Below are positions 36,400 through 50,013 of a stretch of 64,000 nucleotides of DNA, piece after piece. Numbering within the stretch: position 1 is the first letter of the stretch; each line of letters opens with the position of its first letter. Below the pieces are notes generated by a model. The model had not been told where the DNA came from and ran no database searches. It worked only from the letters and a program-made list of their open reading frames with translations. The translations under genes and the position numbers were made by a program. The DNA is from Azolla caroliniana (taxonomy: Eukaryota; Plantae; Polypodiophyta): positions 17,732,001 through 17,796,000 of the forward strand of contig JBHGNT010000015.1 of NCBI GenBank assembly GCA_043228905.1, written 5' to 3'.

Positions 36400-38355
36400 G
36401 GACATGTTGATGCCGATTTGATGAAGATATTGGGTTATCTTTGAGTGTTAGGCTCTAGGTGCCTACTTGAGGCCATAGAGAAGCTTTTTGAGTTGGCATA
36501 CCGCTTGTGGGTGAGTGCTTGATTTGAAGCCTAGTGGTTGTACCATATACACCTCCTCACCTAATTCGCCCTAGAGAAAGGTGTTCTTGACGTCCATTTG
36601 ATGGAGGTGTCATCCCTTGTCTGTTGCGAGCATGATTATAGTTCGAATGGTTGTCATCTTTGCCACTGGGGCAAGGTCTCTTCGTAATCGACCCCTTGTG
36701 TCTGTGCATACCCTTTTGCCACAAGTCAAGCCTTGTACCGATTTACAGTGTCGTTGGCATTGTGCTTCACTTTGAAGATCCATCGGTATCCAATTGCCTT
36801 TTGGTGGTGTGAAGAAGGGATGAGATCCCATGTCTCATTCTTGGAGAGAGCTTGCATCTCCTAATTCATCGCTTCAACCCATCCAGGGTTCTTTGCGGCT
36901 TCAGAAAAGGTTTCCGGTTCTTGGACTGTTGCCACCTTCATCATGAATGCATAATGATATGCCATGTAGTCATTATAGAATCAGCTGACTACATTCTTCT
37001 CTCAGGTGGAGTGACGTTGTGCTCCTGGTGTCCTCATGATGGGCACATCCAGTCCACCATACTCACTGTCATGCGAGTGAGTTAATTCATTTCCATCTAA
37101 GTCTTTGTACTCAGGCATTTTGGCCTTACCTTTGGTGTTCATCTTCGGACTTTGCCGCGACGTTCTTTGGTCGCTTAGAGGCTCTTGTGGTCCACTCAAC
37201 CTTGTTGAGGTTGGACTTTCCTCTTATGTGAGCCTTGGTTGATCCTCCTCCTCCACATTTGTGTCAAACTCGGTTTCGATTGTGTCGGATGGAGCTGATT
37301 CGACTGTATACCAAGGTGTTGACTCATCGAATACGACATCCCTACTCACTTGTATGTTCTTGGTGGAAGGGTTGAAGCACTTATACCCTTTTTGCTCGAG
37401 TCAGTACCTTACGAGGATACGAGGATGCATTTCTCCGACTTGGGTTCTAGCCTTTGCCGCTTTTTGTCGAGAATGTGCACATATGCAATCAAGCCGAATA
37501 TCCTGACATGGGATAGGTTTGATGCTTACTGTAAAACTTCTCATGAGGGATGTTGTGCAGCGATTCATCTTATAGACGGCCATGTTCGCCGCTTCAACCT
37601 AGTATGATTTTGACAGATGTTTTTCATTCATCATTACCCTTGTCACCTCAAGTATATGTTGGTACTTTCGTTCGGCTTCTCCGTTTTGCTCAGGTGCATG
37701 TCAGCAGGTGAACTCCTGTCGAATTCCTTCTTGTCGAAGGTTTGTTGTGAAGGTATCGAAGAAATACTCCTTGCCATTGTCCGATCGAAGGCATCAGACA
37801 TGCCGACCGATTGCCTTTTCGACTTCATTTTTGAACTTTTGGAAGTGTTCGAACACTTCGCTCTTCTGGTGCATGGGATAAATCCATATATGTCTAGAGA
37901 AGTCATCGATGAACGTTACATAGTACCGGCAACCATCGAATGTTGCCATTTGGGTTGGTCCCCATACATCTAAATGTATTATATCTAGGTATCGAAGAAA
38001 TACTCCTTGCCACTGTCCGATCGAAGGCATCAGACATGCCGACCGATTGCCTTTTCGACTTCATTTTTGAACTTTTGGAAGTGTTCGAACACTTCGCTCT
38101 TCTGGTGCCTGGGATAAATCCATATATGTCTAGAGAGGTCATCGATGAACATTACATAGTACCGGCAACCATCGAATGTTGCCATTTGGGTTGGTCCCCA
38201 TACATCTAAATGTATTATATCTAGGATCCCTTTGCTTATGTTCCTCTCCTTTGGGAAGGGTTATCGGTGCTCTTTATCTATTTGGCAAGCTTCGCACACG
38301 CCTACAATTTCATTTTCGATGAAGGTCAAGAGCCCAATGACGACTCCTTTCGACT
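36400..38355 (-). pseudogene. Ty1/Copia integrase-RT relic, minus strand, with an internal tandem duplication of about 236 bp
   Basis: LDIIHLDVWGP..YYVTFIDDFSR occurs twice (37752 and 37988 units); YKA*LVAKGYAQTQGVDYEET near 36680-36740. Confidence 0.8.
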
Positions 38356-38359
38356 AGAG

Positions 38360-39025
38360 AAGGGAAAGTATTACATGCATAGGGCAAGATTCGAACCTTG
38401 CACCTCCATGTTAATAATTTGAAGCCTTACCATTATACTAACACATCATGAGTGTTAGAAAAATAGATATCCCATAGAGAAAGGTTCCTTCACGCATATT
38501 TTCTAGGAAAAAGCTTTAGTTAGAAAAAAAAAAACTCATGATAAAAAAAAAGCTACATGTGCACATCTAGGGTGCATGAACACAATAGTTGATAAAAAAA
38601 ATGCATGAGGTTAGAAAAAGCATGACCACTTTTAGAGAAAGCATATAGTCTATAGATAGATAAAGCATGGAGTCCATAGTTAGAGAAAATGATGAATTGT
38701 TATGCCTCTCTCATCACTATATAAGGATGGGGAGCACAATGTAATGTGGGTGGAATCTTTGGACATTGAATATGTTTCTAAATAATGATTAATACACTAT
38801 ACTCGTGGGATTCACGATTTTTCTCTATATGTGTGGGATGTTGATTCTTACTTGGGTATTATTAGCTCGTTAAATATTAATAAAACTAAAAATCTATATT
38901 CGTGGGATTCACGAATTTCTATCTCTTTCTTATAATCTATTCATATTCATAACTAAACTCGCCTCAAATTCTTCCTCCTCCTAGTCCAAAACCCCAGTGG
39001 TTCCCACCCGACTCACGCAACGAAA
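38360..39025 (+). repeat. LTR fragment related to the element C LTR
   Basis: GTGGTTCCCACCCGACTCACGCAACGA and TATTCGTGGGATTCACGA are reverse complements of motifs in 54107-54891; TATATAAGG at about 38718. Confidence 0.7.
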
Positions 39026-40471
39026 CTGCGGTTGAAGTTCGAAATGAATGACCTAGGTCCTGCTCAACACATTCTCGGAATGAAGATTAGTTGGCTCTGG
39101 AATCAACGACAATTGTTTTTGTCTCAAGCCAACAACATCAAACGTGCCCTAGAGCACTTCAGCATGCACTCGGCCAAATCTACTTCGACCCTACTCCCCA
39201 TTAATCTTTTGGCTTTCTCAACGAGACTGCCCTACATCCGGTCCAGAGGGGGAAGATATGAAGTCAATACCGTATGCACCGACAATCGGCTCCTTGATAT
39301 ACGCAATGGTCGCAACACCGCCTGACATTGGTCACGCCATTGGAGTCTTAAGTAGATTCATGCACAACCCATGCCGATTGCATTGGAATGTAGTTAAGCA
39401 TGTATTCAGATACCTAGTAGGCACACAAGACCTTGGCATCCTCTTTAATCCGAACAAGAACCGGGAGTAATCAGTTACACCGACTCGGACTTTTCTAGCA
39501 GGATGGCCAGTTGAAAGTCAACAACTGGATACTGCTTCAAATTCGATAATAGAGCAATTTCGTGGAAGTCGAAACTTCAGGAGTGCATGGCCACTTCAAC
39601 GACTGAGGCCGAATACGTAGTTGCGTCTAACGCAACAAAAGAAGATCTATGGCTCGGTCGGCTTGCATGTACATTTCGACAAGCCAACCCCAATTCGGCT
39701 CTAGTTGTCTACAGTGATAGTCAGAGCGTTGTTGCTTTGTCGAAAACCCCGGTTCATCACAATGCCTCCAAGCATATCGACGTTCGGTATCACTTTCTTC
39801 AGGACTGTGTAACTTCAGGAAAGCTCGGCTTCGAGAAGATCTCCACAACCAACAACATATTAGATGGGATGACCAAGTGTCTCACAACTGATCAATTTCA
39901 GTCACTTTGGTACTAGATGGGCTTAAGGAGTATTCAATCCAATTGAGTCGGACAACAGAGATAGCTTTGAACACTTGGCCTTCACAACGGAACCAACTTC
40001 TGCACTCAAACCAATTAATTTGGCCTTTGTTTCCTCTCAGTCATCATTGGTTCGGCTACATGCCGATCTACTCAAGCATCTCTTTGTATAACCTATACCT
40101 TCTGTTTCATATTACAAGTTTCTCCATTGTGTATAGGCCCATTACGGGGGAGTGTCGAATACGTGTTTCTAATGGTTGTATTCACACTGACCATTGGACA
40201 AACTAGGTTTAGGACAATTCTGTAAATATGTCAAAGGGCAGTTGCCCTATCTCAGTTAGTATATAACTAGCTTTGTAACCCAACTGATGAGGTTTTTGCC
40301 TCCATTCTATTGTAACTTTGAGTTCGAATAATACAATTACATACTGTGTGCCATTCTCTATCTCTCCTTCTCTCACTCTGTCTCTTTGATCTTGCTCTAC
40401 CATGCTAACTCAGTGATCTTCTAAGCATAGATGTTGTTCTTGTTTTGCACTTACGGTCTCAGACTCCAACA
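39026..40471 (+). mobile_element. Ty1/Copia 3' relic (RT tail, RNase H, PPT, 3' LTR about 40153-40471)
   Basis: FEMNDLGPAQHILGM, STTEAEYV and KHIDVRYHF; ACGGGGGAG followed by TGTCGAA...TCCAACA. Confidence 0.75.
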
Positions 40472-40699
40472 TTTTCAAGCTAGAGCTTCCTTCATTTGTC
40501 TTGACTATATTAGTACAATAAATATGTTTTCTACATATGTTGCATATTCTCTACTTGTACATTGGGTTAATAAGAATAAGAATCATGCATGAAACACCAA
40601 AAACGAATACATTGAATGAACTGTCTAGCATTTGTGGTATGGTTTTGTATCAATAAGGAAAAAAATAATCATATCCTTCTTGAAATTTGTATAACTAGG

Positions 40700-43600
40700 G
40701 AAATGTTGAGAGTCCTCGGAAAAAAAGCTTGATCAATCGATAAATGCATGTGGTCCTTGGTTATATGAATACTAGTTTCAATACACAACTTTTGTTTTGA
40801 AAAATAATGAGGGGTGAATCGCATGGTAAAGCCATTGAGGACATTTAATTTTATTTAACAACTAATCGTTAGAATATGTTGTTCGAACTTGAGGATAAAA
40901 CAAGGAAACATTGAACTTATGTAACAACATTCATCCCAACTAACAATGTATATGAAAGAGGAGCTATCTGTGTGGGTGCATTGTAGAAATATTGGTAGGG
41001 CCTTCAACCTGTGATGAGGGAAACTATAGATAACTTAAACTTAAAAAATGGATGTCATATGAGCTAGAAGTCGCCCCTATATGATGGCAAGAGATTCTAG
41101 AAATTATTTTTTAAATTTAACAATTGGTATTCTATTGACGCACACGCTAGAAGTGGTTCCAATAACATGGCATGAGATTCTTGATATTCTCAATGCCAAG
41201 TCAATAAATTGAAATACTTTGTTATATTTAACAAAAATTATTGTAATAATCCATACTCCACACCAAAATGCATTCTAGATTGATGTATATGCTAGAATTT
41301 GAGAACTTGTTACTAATGTAGTATACAATCAACCATTTTCGGGTTCCCATTAAGTAATATTTTCATTGTTTTGTGTTCTATTATTATTACATTATATTTG
41401 TGACAAACATAAGAGACACAATGGAGTTAAATACATGTTTTATTGTATATTCTCATCCCAATATAAGTGACTTGGAAAAATATTGTTAGATGAATAAATG
41501 AAAGCATAATGTTAGACCCATCTAGGCTGTATATCTCATATTCCACAAATGTGTTTATCATCGGTTTGTGGTAGAACATTCACTCTATGACAATCCATTG
41601 GTTTTAATATGTAGATTAAAAAGTTACTTTATATAGACGATGAATATTTGGTGGAGGCTAGAGTTAGAGGGCAAATTTGGAGTGATTTGTAGTAAACAAT
41701 TCCACCTCTCATCCAAGTGAAAGACGAGACACTCCAACATTCTCAAGTTCCCCTCAATGCAAATTGTATGAAAGTCAATGCCGCCACCGTATGATCCCCC
41801 TCTTCTGTCCTGGAGTATTCCTAGTTTGACTTTGATAGCAAGGCCCCAAATTTCGGTAACAATAACACACAATGTCTTATGTGCAACTCAACTCGGTGAT
41901 CATAATGACAAGCATCATGATTACGATGGTAATTTATGTGAAAAATGCAATTTACAGGAAGACTTGGCATGTGTAAGACGGGTAGTGTCTTAGGAATCTT
42001 AAGGAGAAATATGGCAAGATAGGTATGTGTTAGAGTCATGGCATGGTAGTATAGGTGGGGGGGGTGTGATGGCCTAGAATGGCCTTTCGAGCAATTGGGA
42101 AGGGGAGAGAGATCGATTAATGGGAATATAATATATGCACATATCGCATTTGTCACATGAAAAAGTAATGAATATTCAATGATTTTAAATACAGGGGGGA
42201 TCTTTTAAAGTGTGTATTATAAGAATGATGAACAACAATCTAGGTGTGAATATTCATATGAAGACTAAAATTTTATAACTAAGAATGTCAAAGTTGTCAG
42301 GGTGTGATCGCCCCTCTTTCGTGGAGTAGTATTCCTGGTTTGACTCTCATGGCAAGGCCTCGAAATTCAGTAACAGTAAGAAAAACTAGACGAGTAATGT
42401 GTAATAAAGCTTGACGAACATAATGAGGAAGATGGATACGAAGAATTATGTTTGCAACATAGTTTAAACGATGATTTCGCTTGTGTGAGATTGGTAGAAC
42501 CTTCCTATGATAAAATATTCTAGAATAGGTAGATGGAGCAATCACATTATGATGTAATGCCAGAGACTTAAGAATATACAAACATGCCGATATTTGTGGC
42601 ATGTGATCCCCCTCGCCTAGTTTAACTTTCCTTGCATACCTGCAAATATATCAGTAACGGTATTTGGTTATACGAATATTAATTTTCATACACGACTATT
42701 TTTTGTGAGATAAGCATCATGATTATGATGGTAATTTATGTGAATAACATAATTTCAATCGATTTGTGTCAATATTCACTTTCATAATCTATGGAAATGT
42801 TGGGACTCGTAATAAAATTTTAATCAATCGATAAATCCATGTGGTCCTTGATTATTTGAGTACTTGTTTTAATACACAACTTATCTTTTGTGGCAACATC
42901 TAAGATATCAATGAGAGTGTCACATGGTAAAGCCAACAATGATTAATAACTAAAAAGTGTTGCTCCAAATATGTAACGATATATTGAGCTTATACATAGT
43001 GTTGATCCCAAGTACCAATGACAATGAAAAAGCAAGTGTTTATGTGGGAGTGTTGTAGCAATAATGGTAGGGCCTTCAACCTTTCATAAGGGGAATGATA
43101 GATAATTTTAACTTAAGAAATGGATATTGTAACAATGTATCAACTAGTAGTCGTTCCTATAATATGGCAAAAGATTCTAGGTATATATCTTTATTTGAAT
43201 AGATATTATGAACTTGATGTGGTTCCAATAAGATGGCAAGAGATTTGTAATATTCTTGTTGTGTTTACCAAAAATTATTGTCATAATCCATATTCCACAC
43301 CAAAATGCATTCTACATTGAAGAATGTATCAACATTTCAAAACTTGTGATTGATGGAGTAAATATCCAACAAGGTTGGGGTTTCCAATTTGTAATATCAT
43401 TGCTTTGTGCTATCTAACCATCACATTATATTTGTGACAATCAAGAGTGTAAGGATAGCTTGTAGATATACGTTATGCATTAGAGCGGGAGAGGGAGAGT
43501 TGAAAATGTACACATGACATGATAGGAAGAGACATAATGGAGTTGAATACATGATGTTTTATATTTGCAATATTATTATTGAAATATGTGTGACTTGGAA

Positions 43601-46150
43601 CCATGTTGAATAAATGAGGGCATATTGTGAGGCCAATCTAGGGTGTATATTTGCAATTCCAAGAAATCCTTGATTTATGTTGCTAGAACATTCACTCTAT
43701 GGCAATCCTCGGTTATACATATTAGAAAATATCTTTATGTAGATGGTGAATATTTAGTGGAAGCTAGAATGAAAGTGGTTATTTGGAGCAAACAATTCAG
43801 CTTTCACAAAAGTGAAAGACGAGACACTCCAATGTTCTCAAGTTTCCCCTTGTGCAAAATGTAAGAAACTCAATTGTGATCCCCCTCTCTTAGTTTAACT
43901 TTTCTTGCATGTCCTCAAAATATCGGTAATGGTCCTTGGCTATACGAGTATTGGTTTTCATACACGACTGTTCTTTGTGAGATAACAAGGAGATTGTTGC
44001 ATGGTAAGGCCAGCAAGGACATCTAATTTTATTCAACAGGTATTAGTTATAAATCAACAACGGACATATTGAACTATGTAACGACATCGATCCCAATGTA
44101 ACAATGTCAATGAAAGAGGGCCTATTTTGTGTGGGAGCATTCTAGTTGCAATAATGGTAGGGCCTTAAACCTTTCTTTCATGAGGGGAATGATAGATAAG
44201 TTTAAATTAAAAATTTGATATTGTAGCAATGTATGAGCTCGAAGTCGCTCTTACAAAATGTCAAGATAATTTATTTATTTATTTTCCAACAATTTATATT
44301 CTAGTGATACATAAACTAGTAGTGGTTCCAATAAGATGGTAAGAGATTCTCGAGATTTTATTTATTTACTTAAAATTAGGAAATTGGTAAATTCACAGTT
44401 TTTTCCGTATTTTGACAATTTTTTTTTTTGAGTTCAGGAATATGATTATTTGCACTACAAATGACAGCCAGATTCCATCACCCCAAAAAAACTATGAAAA
44501 TACGGAAAAAACTGTGAATTTACCAATTTCCTAAATTTATTTAAACAAATTATATTCTAGTGATACATAAACTAGAAGTGGTTCCAATAAGATGGCAAGA
44601 GATTCTCGATACGAAGTCAATAGATTGAAATAATATTTCCTACTTAATACTCCACACTAAAATGCATGTTACCCTAAAGTATGTGCAAGAATTCCAAAAC
44701 TTGTGGCTAATGTAGTACGCAATATCCAACAAGTTTTGGGATCCCATCACGTAATATATTCATCGCTTTGCGTTGTATTATCATTATATTATATTTGTGA
44801 GTGGTGACAATAAAGAGTATGAGGATAGCTTATAGGATTTATTTATTTATTGCTCAAGAGAGAGGTAACTAGAGAGAGAACTTGATAGGGAGAGATGTGA
44901 TGGAGTTAAATCCATGTTTTATTGTATATTCTTATCCCAATATGAGTGACTTGGAATCATGGTGTGAGATGAATAAATGAAGTTGGCATAATGTGAGACC
45001 CATCTAGGGTGTATATTTGCAATTCCAAAAAATGTGTTTATCCTTGATTTGTATTTGTTAGAACATTCACTCTAGATGACAATCCCTCGGTTATATAATC
45101 TATGAGTGTAATCCGTTGGTTATATAAAATATATATAACTCTGTGTGTGTATGTGTCTTAAAAAGTCACTTTATATAGATGGTGAATATTTGGTGGAGGC
45201 TAGAGTTAGAGGTAAAATATGAAAGTAAATGATTAGGGTTTTTCAAGGAGGTGGATAATGAGATACTCCAATGTTCTCAGGTTCCCCTTTGTGCAAATCG
45301 TAAGAAAGTCAATGTCGGCACTTGTGTGATCCTCCCTTGTTTGTACTGGAGTATTCCTAGTTTTGATTTTGATGGCAAGGCCTCGAAATTTCGGTAACAA
45401 TAAACACACAACGTTGAATGTGAAACTCAACTCTGTGATCATAATGATAAGCATCATGAGTATGATGGTAATTTATGTGAAGAACACAATTTCAAGGAAA
45501 ACTTTGCACGAGTGAGACGGGTAGTGTCTTAGGAATCTTCCTAGGAATCTTAAGGAGAAATAATGGCGAGAGAGGTATGTGTTAGAGTCGTGGCATTGCA
45601 GAATAGAATAGGTAGGGGGTGTGATGGCCGAGAATGGCCTTTCGGGCAATTGGGGAGGGGGGGGAGAGAGATAGAGAGAGAGATCGGTTAATGGGAATAT
45701 AATATAAGAACGTGTCGACATTTGTCACACGAAAAAGTAAAGAATATTTAATGATTTTAAACACAAGAGGGATATTTTTTAAGCGTGTAATGTATAAGAA
45801 TGAAGAAGAAGAAGAAGAACACTCTAGCTGGTGTGAATATTCATATGAACAAATTTTGAATATTATAACTATGGAAGTCAACGTTGCCATTTCATGGTGT
45901 GATTGCCGCCCCTCGTTTGTGGAGTATTCCTAGTGTGACTTAGATGGGCAAGGTCTCGAAAATTCAATAACGGTAAAGAAAAAAAAAGCAAGTTAAGAAA
46001 TGTGGAATACAACTTGATGAACTAAAAATAAGAAGGATGGATAGGACAAATTATTTATGTAACATATAGTTCCAATGAAGATTTAGATCATGTAAGATCG
46101 GTAGAGCCTTACTAATATTAAGATGAAATATAATCGAAGAATCAGAGCAT
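40700..46150 (+). repeat. Old degenerate tandem duplications (about 3 units of 1.2-2.2 kb) upstream of MOT1 copy 1
   Basis: Recurring colinear blocks, e.g. GGTAGGGCCTT[C/A]AACCT at about 40994, 43066 and 44156, and GTGGTTCCAATAA at about 41153, 43219 and 44321/44578. Confidence 0.7.
44379..44531. mobile_element. MITE-like fold-back element (153 bp)
   Basis: Perfect inverted repeats of about 35 bp, GGAAATTGGTAAATTCACAGTTTTTTCCGTATTTT. Flanked by TA/TA, or alternatively by near-identical TAAAATTA/TAAATTTA. Confidence 0.6.
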
Positions 46151-46561
46151 TCTAGACATGGTAGAGGGATCGATCGATCAGATTTGTGATTGTAATTAAT
46201 AATGCCAGAGACTTTGGAATATACGAGTGTGCCGACGACGTTTGCGGCATAAAAGGGTAATGAAAAGATATCTGGTAGTACACAATGTACTAAGTAAGAG
46301 GTCCAATAAAAGATTAAAAAAAGAGTGGAATGGGAATAGTAAAGTCAAACCAGAGGATCCTGTATTTAAGTGTGTGTTTGTATTTGGAAAATTGGATCCC
46401 TTCTCACAGAAAATTGCATTCACCAACAAATCATCAATCATCAAGCAAACACATTAATTTTGCCTTTTTTTTTTTTTTTTTAGAGAGATTCAATCAAAGA
46501 GAGAAACAAGGCTGTGGGAAGAGCAAAGAGAGGAAGTTAACACAAACCAAAGAAGAAGAAC

Positions 46562-47974
46562 ATGATGATGAAGAGGGGCTGGGATAAGAAGGCCCTGGTG
46601 GCGGAGGCGCGCGGCAACATGGCGTACAAGTCGGTGTGGATGGAGATGAGCGGCGCGTTGGGCGACCTCGGCACATTCGTGCCCATTGTGGTCGCGCTCG
46701 CGCTCGCCAACGGCCTCGACCTCGGCACCACGCTCATCTTCACGGGCGCCTACAACATCATCACCGGCATCGGCTTCGGCGTGCCCATGCCCGTGCAGCC
46801 AATGAAGACGATCGCGGCCGTCGCCATCTCGGAGCGGCTCACGCTCTCCGAGATCATGGCGGCTGGGATCACGACGTCGGCCCTCCTCTTCGGGCTGGGC
46901 GCAACGGGCCTCATGTACGTCGTGCAGCGGCTGGTGCCGCTGCCCGTGGTTCGCGGCATCCAGCTGTCGCAGGGGCTCTCCTTCGCCATCACGGGAGTGA
47001 AATACGTGCTGAAGAACCAGAATTTCACGACGGGGAAGACGAAAGGCAACAGGGATTGGATAGGGCTGGACGGCATGCTGGTGGCGCTCCTCATGTTCTG
47101 CTTCATCGTGCTGGTGGGCGGATCCGGCCCTCCGCCGCCCGACCACGACCTTCCAACGGACACCACTGACACTGAGAAGCAGCCATCGTCGTCGGCGTGG
47201 CGCCGTCGCCTCCAACGCGTCCCCACAGCCATCATCGTTTTCATTGTCGGCCTCGTGCTCGCCATCATCCGGAAGCCCAGCGTCTTCAGCTCGCTCAGCT
47301 TCGGCCCCGCCAAGCCGATCGTCTACTCCCACATCGCCGCCAGCGAGTGGCGCAGAGGTTTCTTGCGTGCTGCAATTCCACAGATCCCTCTCTCCGTCCT
47401 CAATTCCGTGGTGGCCGTATGCAAGCTCGCGGGCGATCTCTACCCCGACAAGAAGAGTGCGGTGAGCACCACCAAGGTCTCGGTCTCCGTGGGCCTCATG
47501 AATCTTGTCGGCTGCTGGTTCGGGGCCATGCCGGCATGCCACGGGGCCGGGGGGCTCGCAGGCCAATGGCGGTTCGGCGCCAGGAGCGGTGCCGCCGTCG
47601 TGTTCCTGGGTGGCCTCAAGGTCCTGCTGGGCCTTCTCCTCGGGAGCTCATTGGTGAAATTGCTGGATGCCTACCCTGTCGGCATTCTCGGGGTCCTTCT
47701 TTTCTACGCGGGATTGGAGCTGGCGATGGCATGCCGGGATCAGACGAACAGGGCCGACTCTTTCGTCGTGATAGGGTCAGCGGCCATGTCAATCGCAACC
47801 TCGAGCGCCGCCATCGGCTTCGCATTCTCTTTGGGGGTCCATATCCTCTTCTGTCTCCCGGACATGACGCCCGCATCTGTCTCCGAAAAGTTCCGCTCCA
47901 TCTTCCGCCGTGAACCCCTCCCATCTTCCACCACCGGCACCATCACTACCACTACTACTAACAGTGGAGTATAA
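46562..47974 (+). CDS. MOT1: Molybdate transporter, MOT1/MOT2 (SULTR5-related) family, intronless
   Basis: EMSGALGDLGTFVPI, GVPMPVQPMK.IAAVAI, PLPVVRGIQLSQGL, AIPQIPLSVLNSVVAVC and GAMPACHGAGGLAGQWRFGARSG are signature MOT1-family motifs. Confidence 0.93.
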   Translation: MMMKRGWDKKALVAEARGNMAYKSVWMEMSGALGDLGTFVPIVVALALANGLDLGTTLIFTGAYNIITGIGFGVPMPVQPMKTIAAVAISERLTLSEIMAAGITTSALLFGLGATGLMYVVQRLVPLPVVRGIQLSQGLSFAITGVKYVLKNQNFTTGKTKGNRDWIGLDGMLVALLMFCFIVLVGGSGPPPPDHDLPTDTTDTEKQPSSSAWRRRLQRVPTAIIVFIVGLVLAIIRKPSVFSSLSFGPAKPIVYSHIAASEWRRGFLRAAIPQIPLSVLNSVVAVCKLAGDLYPDKKSAVSTTKVSVSVGLMNLVGCWFGAMPACHGAGGLAGQWRFGARSGAAVVFLGGLKVLLGLLLGSSLVKLLDAYPVGILGVLLFYAGLELAMACRDQTNRADSFVVIGSAAMSIATSSAAIGFAFSLGVHILFCLPDMTPASVSEKFRSIFRREPLPSSTTGTITTTTTNSGV

Positions 47975-50013
47975 AACATAGAGCCAGTGCCAGCCATAAA
48001 TGAATACACACAACACACTCTTCTTCTTCTTCTTCTTCTTCTTCTTCTCGTATTTGTAGAAAAATAAATAAAGGATACCGAGGATACGTATAGTGGTATC
48101 ATCTTGGATATCGGTGTTTTGCATAGTATATTGGTTCCATTGTCCCATGCCCATATTACCCACCATGTCTTCGTTTCTTAGGCAATGGAATGGAATGTAT
48201 CGATTCAGTTGTATTGTTCATGCTTTTCATATATTGATTTATTTGCACCAAAATATCATGTCTCACCCGAGCAATCTGTTTCTTACATGTCATGTGGATG
48301 GCTCTCGTGTATCCCTTGAGAGTCAATGACAAATATCAATTTTATTACAAACATAGCGATCATAGATAAGCCTTTCAATGTGAACAGTCAACACAATATA
48401 CGTGCTTAGAGATTATAAAATCAGATACATTATGGTTATAAGACCCAACCACATGATCATTGAAGTCATCGCCAAAAATGTTTTCCAAAGATTTTCCACC
48501 AAAGGACATGCCTAGCAATCCTATTACAAGTTTACCATCTACAATCCCAAACAACAAATATCGGAAGGTTTACTCTTGTGGGTAACGGTGGGAGTCGAAC
48601 TCCCCATGTTGATTGAATCTGGTGTCCAACAAAAGGAGTCGATTGCACATCAACATTGAGGAAATTTTTCGTAGTCACACTCACTAGCCAATTAGTCTAC
48701 CAAAGATAACTATCTTGTAAGCAATTGTAATTAAGGAATAGAATATGGATTTGTTGGTAATGATATCTTTATGTTTTCATTTCATTTGCCAACAATAAGG
48801 TGGTTACTTGCCTAACCTCACAACCATTTACAGAGAAGGAAACCATTACTTACCATTTTGACCCCACAACAAGTATTGGAAGCTTGTGTCAAGTTTCGTC
48901 AAGCACGAAAGCACGATAACATAATTGCAAGAACTCTCATTCAGCTTCCTAGTGGCCCACCATGGCGAATCTTGTTGTCTCACTCTTTACCTTCATTTGG
49001 CATTTGTTAAATTTTCACTCCCAAAATTAGCTTGTTTTGTTTATTATGTTAATTTAGTTTTTTGCTTTTCATTTCCAAAACAAGAGATGTAAGAACTAGA
49101 TTGTTTTCATCTCCTTGGTAGCATTGGCTTCTTTAGAGACATTAAAACACATTTTCTTGTTGTAACAATCCATAGGCTAATTAGGACCAAGTGTAAATTC
49201 GAATAAACACAAACACTTTTGGAACATATGCTTAGGTTTTTAAATATCCACCATTTCACATGAGCTTTGAACTCCAAGGAAAACTCCTTGATTACGTAAT
49301 GGGTTTGAGTAAGTATCATAACTTTGAAGATTCACCATGATGGCACCTAATGCAAGAGTGTAATATGTGGCAACTTGCTAATTGTCATAAAAAAGGTCTT
49401 GATAGGGGCTTAATTGAGGCACAACCTCGATTTTATCTAGCACAAGCTTTCCACTACTAGAGATTGATGACGAGAATAATTAATTGCACACTAACCAAGT
49501 AATATACTTGGGTCCTAACGAATAGTGGAACAAATACTCGAACATCCTGTATTCATGAGAGTCCAACGTCCTCTCAAGAAATTAAAACATGGACATTCGA
49601 ACAATGAAATTGTGCCATAATCTCCTTATATAGAGTATTAAGAGAAGCATACACATACCTAGTTCACAAAATGCTTGTATACCTAGTTCATAATGTTATC
49701 CCAATGTGCACAAGATTGTACAACATGAAAAGAACAAGAAGGTATAGGATAATGTTCTAGTTCATAATGTTATCCCAATGTGCACGAGATTGTACAACAT
49801 GAAAAGAACAAGAAGGTATAGGATAATGTTCATACAACAATATACTAGTAATCCTAGATTGTATAGGAAGGAGTGTGTATGTGTACTTGGGGGATATGAG
49901 GCATGGGGTTAGATGTCCTTTTTAATGTATACAGCTCCCTTGTGAGGGTATAAATACATACTACACAAGGTTTAAGAAGAAGAAGAAGCATGTATCATCA
50001 GTATATATATATA

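Noticed and set aside
46490-47566. 358-aa antisense ORF and other ORFs overlapping both MOT1 genes
   Set aside because: Shadow ORFs caused by high GC at third codon positions; no recognisable motifs.
48580-48606. B-box-like hairpin GGGAGTTCGACTCCC on the minus strand between the MOT1 genes
   Set aside because: No upstream A box or cloverleaf, so there is not enough support for a tRNA or SINE.
49686-49830. Tandem duplication of about 76 bp downstream of MOT1 copy 2
   Set aside because: Simple local duplication with no further structure.
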